Assembly: GCA_964035545.1 (NCBI GenBank)
Contig: OZ037766.1
Span: 8,546,722-8,610,721, forward strand
Direction of reading: 5' to 3'
Origin: Bugula neritina
Lineage: Eukaryota; Animalia; Bryozoa
DNA length: 64,000 bases
The position numbers and the translations under genes were made by a program. Below are positions 43,001 through 55,679 of the stretch, piece after piece. The number at the start of each line of letters is the position of its first letter. The first letter of the stretch is position 1. The notes under the pieces were generated by a model. It was not told the origin of the DNA, searched no databases, and was given only the letters and a program-made list of their open reading frames with translations.

Positions 43001-46000
43001 AATTGCTAAACTTTAATTAAGCCACAATTTTTAAATCAATTACCTGGGTTTTTCATTGCCATTTGCGTTATGCAGCCTTGTAACTTTAAGTGTAAGTTTG
43101 CACCAATTAGCGTGCAAGACCTAGTCTGCAAGTGTTAGTTGACTTATTATTTGCTAAAGATCATGCAGGATTTGTTTGTGAAGTTAATCTTAAGTAACAT
43201 GTAGTTTCAGTTTGCTTTGCTGATTTGAGCATAGATAAGCTGTTTTTCATATTGAAAATAAATTTTAAAGAATCACAATAATTCATTAATTTTAGCAGTT
43301 CTCCCATAGCTCTGAAAGGGCAGCTAAAAGAAAAAGTGCAGACGACAGTTTAGATGCTAGTAACATGGTGAAACCATCAACTTCAAAAAGGTGATAAAAA
43401 TTTGTTTTTTATGTATTCTACTATCCAAAGCTATGATGCCCAGTAACCACTATATATGCTTTCAGTAAAACCAGTGGACATGGCGAGATATTTCATATTT
43501 TGTTTTGTAGGGAAAGAGCTTCCATATCTGATGAAAAAGTATCTAAAAATATACAGTGTGGGTTTTGCCTTAGTGAAAACGAGAAGCTAACGGACCCTAA
43601 AGTGTTACCATGTTCTCATGTGCACTGTCTACCTTGCCTCACAGCTTCTGTTGAAACTAATAACATTGTGAGATGTTCCCAATGCAGGTACGCTAAAATT
43701 ATTTATTTTGAATTGTTTTGCCTTACATGTTATGCTATTTTATTTTCAATATTTCAATTTTCTACTACGAAAATGTTATACTCAATTAAGCACATGTACA
43801 ATGTATCTTTGCAGTGATACTCATGATACGATTGATCTGACAAAGTTGCCTTCTGCTCTTTCTTCTGAGGAAATTAGGCATTGGTGTAATGTCTGCACTG
43901 AACAAAGCTTGAATGGCGAACAAGCCCTTGTTTACTGCAGCGACTGCATGAAAAAGTATTGTTACAAACACCAGCAGGTTATTGTAAAGAAACTATATTA
44001 TTTGAATTATTATCACTTCTTTTGCAGACAAACTTTAAACAATTCATAAAAATGCATATTGATTTGTTAGAGCTGATATTTTTATTGTTTATGCCGGCTT
44101 TATTTTGACATGTTGCAGATGCATGGGGAACTTCACCGCAGCCACCATATAGTTAGTATAAATATGTACAGCTTACAAGGTGACAAGATACAAGTGAAGT
44201 TTTGTGCTCTGCACCATGATCAGCCGTATACATTGGGGTGTAAAGTATGCCTGGAGGTCTTCTGTGTGCAGTGTCTAAGTAACAGGCAAACCTGTAGTGC
44301 TGGTCAGTAAGAGTCCTCTTTTTATATTACTGATAAACATAAGTGAGTGGCTTTGTTCCTAATTATAAAGACAGTAATTTAATATTTGTGAAAGCCTTAT
44401 TGTTATAATTTATATATTTTAAAGTTCTTTTACCTCCAAGCAGTTTGTCGTATCATTAGAAAGCTTGAGAGTTACTGATTTCATGCCAAATGAGGTTTTG
44501 TACACTTAAGCAATATGCTTTATAATACAGGGGGCCAAAAATGTCTCAAAAAATGGTATTATTTATTCTTGCAGAATGCATAAAATTTCCTTTTCTAAGG
44601 CACATATTTTAATGCTGGTAAAGTCAGTAGATTTGTAATAATATAAACAAGAGTACTAGAAAAAAGAGGACGATTTTATAGAGTATTGCATTTTACTGGT
44701 TTGCCTAATCTTCCACCTCTTTTGTGGACTTCTATTGTATTATTGTACATTTGAAATTGTGTAATAGTTGTGTGCATATGCAAGAATATGCGGTTTAGCA
44801 AAATATGTAAATAACTTTAACCAATGATTCATTGGTTAATTTTTAGGTACTCATCATAACGTGCTGTCTCTAAAAGAACTCGTCAACTTCCTGAGAAAGC
44901 CAATAAATAAATTAAGTGAAAGGCTGATGAATAAAGAGGGTGCATTACTGAAACTTTTCAAGGTGACATCAGACATCATTTCAGAGTATGAAATTGAAAC
45001 TCAGAGCTTTGTGGCAAAGTTGCATGAAAATCGAGACTGTCAGGTAAGTTGCCAAGTTATCTCAATTATGTAATGTGTGTTTCTGGCTGCCACAAAAATT
45101 TAACATTTTTTGACTTTTTAGTTTAGAAATTCTGAGACCCGGGGATTATTTTTTGGGTAGCACACAGCTCATTGTGTGTCAGCTCATTATAGATGATTGC
45201 TTTATTATATGCAATGTTAATTTTTCAATAAAAACTATTTCATCGCTATTTGCTAAGATTCATAGATTGAACTTGATTCATCTAAATATGTGTAAATTAG
45301 TCAAATTTGGATTATTATTTTTTTTTAATAACACCATTCAAGCTTGACCTTTGGGAGTACTTGCGTAGGAAAAACTTCATGTCGGTTTTAAACTTCTAGT
45401 TCTTGTGAAAACCCTTGGCAATAAAATCCTGTAAACTTGTGCCCTAAACTGTGTGCTGGCAAAATAGAGTAAAGGTTTCAAAGTAGCGCAGGAGCACTTT
45501 TGCTCTTCCTGGGTTACCATTGATTTTTATGGGATGAGATTCACTAGCCTAACTAGCTATCACTGAGCCGCTTGTTGGTAAAAAAATAAGCATGGTCCTA
45601 TAGCGTGGAAGGTTGTTCTAGTAAAGTATTAAACCTAGTGTTTGCAATTAGCAAGACCTCTTTCTATATTACGTGGAACTAAAGATCAGGATTAGCATGT
45701 AAAGCTAATGTATTATTTACTAGCTGAACTGAAATTTCACTTATCCCAGAGAATTCTAAAAATATTGCAACATCATCTAGAACTTTCATAAGTTGTGGTT
45801 TTTGCAATTTGTATTAGGCTAAGCAAAAAATTTTAAATGCTTTTTCAAAGGTTTCATATAGTAAGTATAAATTTACAAACTTGAACTTGTAAAAAATTAT
45901 ACATATTGTATAGTTGTTATACTATATTACTTATTATATCATTGCACAAAAAGCTTTAAAAGCATCATGAGATATAATGTTCATCTTAATAATAATATCT

Positions 46001-48769
46001 TATCGACTTATCGATAATAGTGCATGTACAAAAAAGAAGGCAATTCCCAATAATAAAAAAATTTCATCAAGATTTTGCCGAACAGGAAAAATAAAGATGT
46101 ACAAGCAACAACCAGAAATTTTAGAATACTAAGTGGTTTTGAAAAATCCAGATTTAATATGTAAAGAATTACACTATAGTTGTAACTTGTCACATAGCAC
46201 TACACTTCTGATGCACATAGAAGTGTAGTGTAAGTGAAATAAGTGCTTACGTCAAAACTGAGGTAGTAAATATCAACAACAAATTAGCTTAGATATGTAA
46301 TTTTCTGCTGGTTTAGAACTTAAGTTGAAAATTATTTGCTGTGTTTTGCATTGGCATACAACTCAATTGATTCGAGGCTATACTAGCAGTACTGGAGGTG
46401 AGGTAGTACTTAGGACTTTGATGTAAAATGTTATCAAGTGGTAAGGTGTGCAAAGTATGCTTGAGCTATAGAAGGTAAGAAAACTGTAAAGCATAAGTTA
46501 GTTATTGGCTGTCATAGTATTAAAGGTAAGCAAAGCTTTTTTAGATGTCGGGTAGTTGATCAGTTTCTTGGCTTATTGATAATTGTCAGAGATGTATGCT
46601 TTTAGCTAGCTGCTCTTAGAGATGGATACTCCTCAGTAGAAGCAGATTTCGTAAAAGAAAGAGGTGAAGTTTTAAATCAGATGAAGGAGTTCGTGGAAGT
46701 CAGAGTAGAAAAAAACTTATCTGAAATTTATCATCATCAGAGAAGAATCGAAACCAGATTCAAACACAGTCACATGGTGTGCATCCACAGTTGGTTTGGT
46801 AGTTGGTTGTGTTGCTACTTAAATTATGTGTTTTGTTTTGTGTCACTAGTAGTACAGCACAGTGATACTTCACTGTTGACAATATTATGTTACAGTCAGT
46901 TATGTTACAGTCAGTGTTGATACGGTAGGGTGTGGTAGTATACTGCAGCTTATAACGTGATAAGCCCAAGTGCTACAAGGAGTAAACAAAGTATGCTATG
47001 TCTAAGGTGGCATTGGTACATACTGAATCCTGGTGACACCACTGAAAACTTAATCAACTTATTTACTGTCTGACTGAACAGGCAATACAGGGTATAAGTT
47101 CTCACCTCAGGTTGATGGGCAATCAGGTGTTGATAAAGGTTTAGCCCCACTGCAAATATAAGGTTCTTATTATGTATTGTATAGACTATGCCATATACAT
47201 GCATATCATAAGGTGATGACGAGACATTTTTGTTTGTAGTAATACAATAAAAAGTTGGGATTATATTTTGTGGTCAATCATTATAAATGAGTAAATTGGT
47301 ATTTCAGGTTGATATTATAAAGGGGCACAAAGATTCTAAGGATGAGCTTAGCGTACTACTGGACAATAAGCTGGCAGAAGTCCCTAAGCTAGAACTTAAA
47401 AACTTGGCATTAGCTAGTAAGAGTGAGTAGCTTCTAAAACTTTTTTAATAGAATTAGGAATGAGAAATAGGTAACATTTGAAATATATTTACTTTTGCCG
47501 CAACATTGTAAAAACTCTGGTAATAAGTTTTGTGACTCAGCATTTTGTAAGTGGATATACTGTGAAAAAATTTCTTTGCGGGCATTTCTGAAATAACATA
47601 AAATCTGGCATTCATAGAATTCATATTCAGATAAACTTCTTTTGAATTTCTTCAATTCCTAACTTTTAGATATTTACATCTTGTAGAAAAATGTAGAAAT
47701 TTGGAGATAGAAATTGTACCTACTAGAGCTCTGGTAATAGACTTTCTTTCTGGCTCAGCAACTCTAGAACCTCAGAGTTTAAAGCTGTGTAAACAAGTTC
47801 CGACAAATCAATGTACAATTTCTGTATGTTTCTATGCTGATAACACGTACATCTCATTTGATAATGGTTCTATTGCTATACTTGACTCTGACTATGACAT
47901 AATGCCTTCGCATTGGGACTACATGGGTGCACTAGACCACGTTGAAGGGATAGCTATACTGGATGATGTGATGTACTCATTGGTAACACTTGAGGATGAG
48001 TCCGTCTACATATACGTACATGACCTGAAGGGAAATTATGTAAATCACTGGGAACACCCAGATCTGGCTTATTCTTATAATAAAATTACTGTTGTTGGAA
48101 ACAAACTTGTCGTGCCTGATAGGCAGCACGGACAGCTGATGGTGTATTCTCTTTATGGAGAGGTTCTCAGTCAAATAGCCTGTGGACTGAACACCTGCAT
48201 GGCGGTAGCATGTGCTAATTCTGAATCGGTAGTTGTAAGTGACTCTGAAGCATCGACGGTTTTCATCATCAACATTGTGACAGGAGAAACCTTATGGTCA
48301 TGTCAGACAGTAGGAAAACCACAGGGAGTTGTGTGCTACAGAAATTGTTGCGTTTTGGTCTATAGTAGATCCTCTGAAATGTTATGCGTTTTGGATATAC
48401 AAACAGGTTGGTGTGAAACTGTAGATCATAAAAATGTTACCGTAGAATTTACTTTTGATACATTGTTCTACCTGGATTGCAAACATGTATGCCAAGTTTA
48501 GAATGTGCGTGCGTGTGTGTAGTAATACGCAAAGCTAACATGATATCGTAAAATTGTAAACAGGCTTCAAGTAGATATCTGTTAGGTCTCATATAATTTT
48601 TTTCAAATATAGTAAATCTTACTACGTTTTGTTTGTTTCAGGAAAGTTGCTATCTGAGATTTCAAATGCTGAGCTAAAGGGTAGTATTTATGACCTTGAC
48701 ATTAACGGAGACATGCTAATCGTACCTAAATGTTATGTCGAGCAGGTGCTATTTTATCAGCTGTTATGA
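40040..48769 (+). CDS. TAFH-domain TRIM protein: TAFH, NLS-like linker, RING (C3HC4), B-box1, B-box2, coiled coil, NHL-like beta-propeller (767 aa)
   Basis: Exons 40040-40177, 41083-41172, 41552-41677, 43296-43390, 43511-43687, 43815-43977, 44119-44302, 44847-45043, 46606-46776, 47308-47422, 47687-48406, 48642-48769 sum to 2304 nt; all GT-AG, one open frame. RING CGFC...LPCSHVHCLPC...CSQC; B-boxes CNVC..CSDC..YC..H and CALHH..C..C..C..C; beta-rich C-terminus with GKPQGV. Additional upstream exons are possible (acceptor at 40033). Confidence 0.8.
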
Positions 48770-51700
48770 AGTGGCCTTTAGGTTTTAGATTCGGGACAGA
48801 CTTCTAAGATATTTTATGAGTCTTCATGTTATACTTACCTCAGAATGTAGTAACTTTTGTATGAAATATGCGAATTAGTTCAATCTTTTGTTTTCATGCT
48901 GTCATGACACTGTGTCATGTCGAAGATTCGAAAAAAATTATGAGTAGACATGAAAAGCTATGCTGTATATTCTAATGCGAGACTAGCTGCATTGTATAAG
49001 ACAAGATTCAATATTATTATTTTATTCTTTATATTTTATATAACATGCTAGCTAAGCAGTTATGGCCATTCTTGGCTGTTGCAATAAGCAGATAATATGC
49101 AAACACGGTAGACTTCATAATTATTTGATATAGTCAATGTTTCCTTATTTTGCCCGATTGTATTAGTTTACATATTTTTATATGGGATTTTATAACAACT
49201 GTTTCAGTCTTTGTATTTATTGTGGCTTGCTTATCTTAAGGCTCACATCGCAACATAAGAACCAATTAATTAAGTATCAGTTAAAAATTTTTCATTTTGG
49301 ATAATATTTTTTCACATTTTTATTAACCACATCATAATTTATGAACATTCATTTGGATTTATACATGTTTTATGGTGGCAAGATTATCAATATAACCTTT
49401 AGTCTCTTGTAGCATTTTTGTTATGAAACTTCTTTCTTACTATTAGCAGATCTCCTCTTATATAACTATTTTCTTTAAGCCAACAGTTCAAAGGTTTATA
49501 ATCATGGCTACGCAGCATTTTTAGTTTTATTAAGAAGATTATAGAATGTGAAATCCATGTTATGAAGGGCTTAGATTGAGACTACCATTCTCTACCATGT
49601 AGCTTCAGATTAGTGCTAAGACGTTTAATCTCAAGATTTAAAATGAGTCATGCAACTAGAACTCAGTTATTTGAGGATGTAATTTGCTGGTGCATACTTA
49701 GGTTGCTTTGCTTAAAGATGGATTCCGTGGACAGTTGAGAAGTAATTACTAAGCCATTATAAGAGTTCATTTGTAGGCCAGTGATCTCGACTGTAGAATT
49801 AACTTGTGTTCATGTGTTGCCAACTGATTTTTTATATAAAATTAAGCTACCTAAAAACAGCCTAAAAGGGACTATAATGTTATATATTAAAGCATTAGCT
49901 GCCGAGCAATAGCTGGCAAGAGTTAGATTCTCTAGCTAACTAAGATATTTGATTAAAGTACAGAGCTGATTACAGATGTTTTAATTGATCATTATATAGC
50001 ATTTTATTATTCGTACTGCATGCATTTACAAAAGTTGGGTAGTTTAACAGCTCCAAAATGAAAAAACTTAACAAATTGACACAAATTGAAAAAAGCAGGG
50101 AATGATAGAAAATAACAAAGCAGTCTTCTTTCATCATTTAAAGTTAAGATGTTTGACTTATTGTATGGAGTTTGATGCTGAATTTAACAATAAATGTAAT
50201 AATCACTGTTGGCATATAATTGATTGAAATATCCAAAGTGTACATCTAATCATGTTATTTGGGTGCACAATGATTCCATATAGTAACTTGATACTGCTGG
50301 TACCCAGCTTCCCAAAACTATCGGAAAGTTCCGTTTCTTTTGTTGATTTAATCTTTATTTTTTGAGAAAACCTGAAAATAAATAAATTCAAGCATGAACA
50401 CCCGTTGTCTTGTTTCATGCTAATTATATGCTGTTCTTTAACAATAAATTGCTGTTTGAAGATTGTTCATAAGCATAAGGAACCCATTTTTCAACAAACA
50501 AATAAGATGTACCATGAGATGAGATGGCGGATAATGAAAATAATGTTGATTTGAGCTTATAGAGCTGCTATATTCTTTTTGGGTTTCTCTATGAACTTGT
50601 GAAGGAAAAAGTTCTAATTTGATGTATGAATAATTGGCTAGATGAATTTAATTTCTGGCCTGATGAAGCCAGAATGTTTCAAGAAGCAGTAAAACATTTG
50701 AATGAATCAAATAAGATCAAAGATGACAGTTGGATTGAGGGGTTAAGCCTGAAAACTTCCACCACACATCTATGCAATTGTCCTAATTTCTATTTCAAGC
50801 ACTGGTACCACTAGCATAACATGTAATGGTGATAACATAGGTCATAGGAGGTAGTCACTACCTGGTAGTGTATTGTTATTGTTTATGATAAACTATATCA
50901 TTATGATTTATGATAGAATAATATAATTATTATGGTTATTAAAATTTATATATGGTCGTTATAATTAATGAGGTTAAATATGTTTTATATAGCTGCATGA
51001 TTTTTATAAGCTTCTTTAAAGTAAAACTAAGCTGGGTAAATTCCTAGCTGCATTAGTTTGTTTTAAAAGCTTACGATTTCACTAAATGCTAACTGAACGT
51101 TTTTTAAATTCCTTATTTTTATAGTTGCGTTTTACAGCTTTAAGTGCATACAAGCTATGAACCAACTTATTTTTTATTACTTAGCTACACATTAAATAAT
51201 CAATAAACATGTTATAATATTTTTCTTAGGAAAAGCCGGAAGTTATGTCGGTGTAACAAAAAATGTTGCATTTCAGAAAAACATTCAACACGCCCAAACA
51301 GGCCAATTTTTTTTCAAGAAAGCTAAAAGAACTTGAGCTATAAAAGCCTCTTTACTACTGCACCTAATTCACACACCTATATGTTCATATAAAAGCAGTA
51401 ATTAAGGGCGCAATTTTAACTAATGTTTATAGACAAGTTACATGCATCTATTTTTTATGGTGAAGTGCTTATATCTTACATAATCACACACAACTATAAT
51501 GAAGGGCTAGATGCACTAAACTTAGCCATATTTGAATTCATAAGCAAAACTTTGCATATAGTTGCATCTTCAAGTTACAGCATCAGGTATAATAATCAGT
51601 CTATAAATATTTCTTCTACTGAGAAAAATATGTAAATTACGATTTAAACATGACCATTTTTACTTTCATTATTTATATTAATTTAATTGTATTTACCTGA

Positions 51701-51889
51701 GCCACCTCCGTGTCTAAAAAATATAATAACAAGACGGTATTGTACTATAATTCAATAATATGTATACAGAAGTGCATTCTGTATGAAAGGCAGTCAGTAG
51801 TTGATAAAGCATTTAAGTGCAAGTTGCAGTACTACAACAATAATATACTATAACATTAAAATACTTTTGTGTAATCATAATTTATCTAC

Positions 51890-52450
51890 TTACATGCTCC
51901 CATCATTAAAGTACTCATAGTCGCTAAAACCAGTTTGAAATCCACCTGCTCCGCCGTTTCCACCAAATCCTCCACCACCAAATCCATTGTAGTTTCCACC
52001 ACCAAATCCATTGTAGTTTCCACCACCCAATCCATTGTAGCTTCCACCACCCAATGCATTGAAGTTTCCACCACCCAATCCATTGTAGTTTCCACCACCC
52101 AATCCATTGAAGCTTCCACCACCCAACCCATTGTAGTTTCCACCACCCAATCCATTGAAGCTTCCACCACCCAACCCATTGTAGTTTCCACCACCCAATG
52201 CATTGAAGTTTCCACCACCCAATCCATTGTAGTTTCCACCCCCAAATCCTTGTCCTCCATACCCTAATGCTTGGGCTATTAAACCATTTGCAACATTCCC
52301 TAAGGTGTTGCCTCCAAAATTATTCCCAACGCCATTTCCATATCCCAAGTTTCCCCCTCCGAGTAAGGCACCACCATTCCCATTAAATCCAGCAGCAGAA
52401 ACAATGTAAATCAAGCTAACTGCAACCGCGATGCTTTTTAGGAACTGCAT
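51890..52450 (-). CDS. Secreted glycine-rich repeat protein (186 aa)
   Basis: Single coding exon preceded by a tttcAG acceptor at ~52458; signal peptide MQFLKSIAVAVSLIYIVSAA; 11 x GGG[N/S][Y/F]N[G/A][L/F]; acidic/aromatic tail FSDYEYFNDGSM. Confidence 0.85.
   Translation of the reverse strand: MQFLKSIAVAVSLIYIVSAAGFNGNGGALLGGGNLGYGNGVGNNFGGNTLGNVANGLIAQALGYGGQGFGGGNYNGLGGGNFNALGGGNYNGLGGGSFNGLGGGNYNGLGGGSFNGLGGGNYNGLGGGNFNALGGGSYNGLGGGNYNGFGGGNYNGFGGGGFGGNGGAGGFQTGFSDYEYFNDGSM
51980..52243 (-). repeat. Coding 24-bp minisatellite, 11 units
   Basis: Plus-strand unit like CAATCCATTGTAGTTTCCACCACC, with alternating Tyr/Phe variants. Confidence 0.95.
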
Positions 52451-55413
52451 TTCGAATCTGAAACATATTATATAAAAAGTATATTATTTATTATTATGTT
52501 AAATAGCATAATCAAGTTAACTTTATTACAGAAGAAATAAAGTATTATTATTAATGTGACGAACTACAATATAAGTAGAATGTTGAAACCAGCAATGGTG
52601 AGATAATAAAACAAGTTAGACTATAATAACATGCAAATACAATATTATTTCAATGCATATGCACAATTTGAACAATTATTTCAGAGGTCCAAACAGCAAA
52701 TATACATGGTGTTGCTTAAAATACAAATAACTGCTAACTGTTACAATAAGGCATTTTCCTAATTAATTTTGTAAACTTTACATGCAAATATGCAAGTCCT
52801 ATAATACGGTAACACTGAAGTTTATTATACAGTAAGCTAATGCCCTGTGAACTATAAGCGGCTTTATAAATAATTAACGATATAAATTAAAGTCAATATG
52901 ATGCTTAGTAATACTGTTATATAATACATATATTTTATTACCTGCAAGATCACGACTCAAAACTTGCGCTGCTGTCTGATAGACTGATTTCTGTTTCTCA
53001 ATTATAGAACTTTTATAGTGCTTATTGAGGATTAGAGCCATTATTGTAATCATCACACGTATTAAGTGATAATATTATCGGGTAAAAAACTGCAAGTAAT
53101 ATGTCAAATAGCCTAAAACATAGCTAACACGATTATACTAATCTTGATAATCTTTTGCTATTACTCATCTCTATTAGATTATATAGTAAATGCTATTTAC
53201 TGGAGCTTGCCTCCTAATAACCCCAACCAAGTCGTGCCATCTCTACACAAATAGTGATTGGGATTTGCAATAGCAGATAATATATGATTTTATTGAGCTG
53301 AATATATAGCTGAGATTTTGTCCGGTAGGTTATAAAATCAATTACAAAGATACTTGAGCTCAGGTTAATTGTTGTTATATACTGCAAACTATTTCTTATA
53401 ATGTGATAATGTTTCCTTAAGTTCATAATATAATAATGTGTAACAAATCCACTAGTGAAAACTTCTCATGTCGCAAAAAGCTTTTAAAAGTTATACTATA
53501 CCAACAGTCTGTAATAATTAGCATCTACCTCTACTTTTAAACATTAGGTTAAAGAAATTCTACAATTTCGCAGCTGAATTATTACCATGTATATGCTTAC
53601 ATCAAAAATAATTGTTCATCAAATATAATTTATTTTTGTAGATTTTCTGGATAAAAGTATTGTTTGTATTATAATGGAAAGAAAAGTAAAGTATTTAATT
53701 CACAGAGTGATTGTAAAATGTGCAGCAATTATTGTGGTTTGAATATCAAAAAGAGCAGAGTTAAATTAAATCAGCATAACTGTAACAAATAATTTACTTG
53801 TGCATGCACTACTCCGTCTATATAGCCTATGATATAATATATATTGTCAATTATTATGAGCAACTTGTGAGCAAACATGCATATGGTAGAAATTGAAACT
53901 TTATAAAGATTCATATATAATGCAACTATAAGAAAAATATATGAGCTGACATTATTTGATAGGTCTTTTTCTAACAAAATAAAACAGTATTAGAAATAAT
54001 AATAACATGCTAGAACACTGCTATTAACACAGCTAAAGTTTGGAAAGTAAACTGCTTATGAATCATGACTAGAACTTTTAATTGTAGCGAGAAAAAGAAA
54101 CTAAACTAAAAGAAGGCAACTAATGGCGCCAGTACATAAAAAAGCTAATTGTAATGAGCTTATGAACAGATTAGGAGTGTTGTTTTTTGTAGCAGCTTTT
54201 AGCCTTTCTAGCGCAAACACGCACACACAGCAGTAAGAAGTTTAAAACACCCATTCATGCAGAGAACTTCCTATTTAAATGGCAATATTTTTGTGAAACC
54301 CCCATGAAACTTCATTTCTATCAACTGAGTAGACCATATAGACATACAACATAGGATCTCTAAGGGTTTATTCTGCAACACAACCAACCAGGATGGTTGG
54401 TTGTGGGGGAAGAAATTTTAGCAATAATTGGAAACTTGAATATTTTATAAAATATCGATCATAGGGTGTCATGCATATGCAGCCAAATAACCACTGTACA
54501 AAAAGACTTAAAACACTATGAAACATTGCAACTCAAAGCGCAGTAGGTTTAATGACTGCTGATCGAAGATGTGAAAGACATGCAGCAGAAGTTTGACCCT
54601 GTATCAACAGGGCATTATACAAGGTATGATAAAAACAGTGAGATTTGAGCCATATTGTTTCAGTGCAAACTGGTAGAAAACAGCTTCCATGTTGACAAGA
54701 TGAATTTGTAAAACAGGTGAATTAAAACCATTTGTAATAATTTTTTAAACACATTTCATGAAACCAGCTTCTAGAAAATTAAACATCAAATTCTTAGCTA
54801 TAAGCCTCAAAAAATGAATTAGTTACTCTGACATTTACCAACATTACCAATTAATTATTTTGATTACCTATGTACTCTTATGCTTGGTAGGTTGAAAAAA
54901 AAGGGTTTTTTGTTTTTTTACCAGAGTGTTGTGAATCTTTATTTTGTAGGTATTAGGAGTGTTTGTTGATGAGTTCTGCTTTGAAAGTAGACTGCAGTAC
55001 TAAAAAGCATTTCCCTGTCAAAAAATAGTAATTGAAAGAATTGAAACTCTTAGCAAAGGCGTTCAACAGTCCATAACAAATTTGGCAAGGAACTTTGTGT
55101 ATTTCAGCATATATCCTCAGATGAGAGTACATATATATCTGAGATTGCTCAGCTTACAGTTATGGTACATGATATTGCTAGAACTCTAAAATGGATTACT
55201 TGATGATCAAGCTCACTGAACCAAATATTGCATCTACTTAGATTCACAAGTGCATTTAATGTCAGCAGACACTTTACAATCGAAATGGACAATATACTGT
55301 TCATGCGTGGCATAGCCAAAAGTTTATTTATAGCAAAATTGTGGTGGGTGTCTATATTAATTGTCACTTGTTTAATTTAGGAACCAAGCTAATGCGTTTC
55401 GCGTATCAAACGC

Positions 55414-55586
55414 GAATGGTTCTATGAGCAGCTCCAAGTTGGTGGTGAATGAGTGCAGTAGTTCGGAGGGGGAGGAGAGCGGGCGAGAGTGAGTTTGACG
55501 TATAGAGTTATGTCCTTAACTCCAAACTTGAGACTCAACCGCTGCACTCATTCACTACCAACTCGGAGCTGCTTATAGAACTATTC
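55414..55586. mobile_element. Small fold-back MITE, possibly Mutator-like
   Basis: ~47-bp arms GAATGGTTCTATGAGCAGCTCCAAGTTGGTGGTGAATGAGTGCAG and CTGCACTCATTCACTACCAACTCGGAGCTGCTTATAGAACTATTC; flanked by ATCAAACGC (55405-55413) and ATCAAACGT (55587-55595), an 8/9 match. Confidence 0.8.
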
Positions 55587-55679
55587 ATCAAACGTGGCTT
55601 GAAGCAGCGTAAAATTGGTGGTCGCAGAGTGCAGTAGTTCGGGAATCAAGTTAGTAGTTTGGACAACGATTACGATAGG

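Noticed and set aside
49690-51400. Possible decayed DNA transposon including the 62-aa ORF at 50626-50814
   Set aside because: No matching TIRs, TSD or transposase motif found by eye.
51886-52267. Alternative-frame repeat ORFs (MDWVVETT and STTQSIVV)
   Set aside because: Other frames of the 24-bp minisatellite; only the Gly-rich frame has a signal peptide and upstream acceptor.
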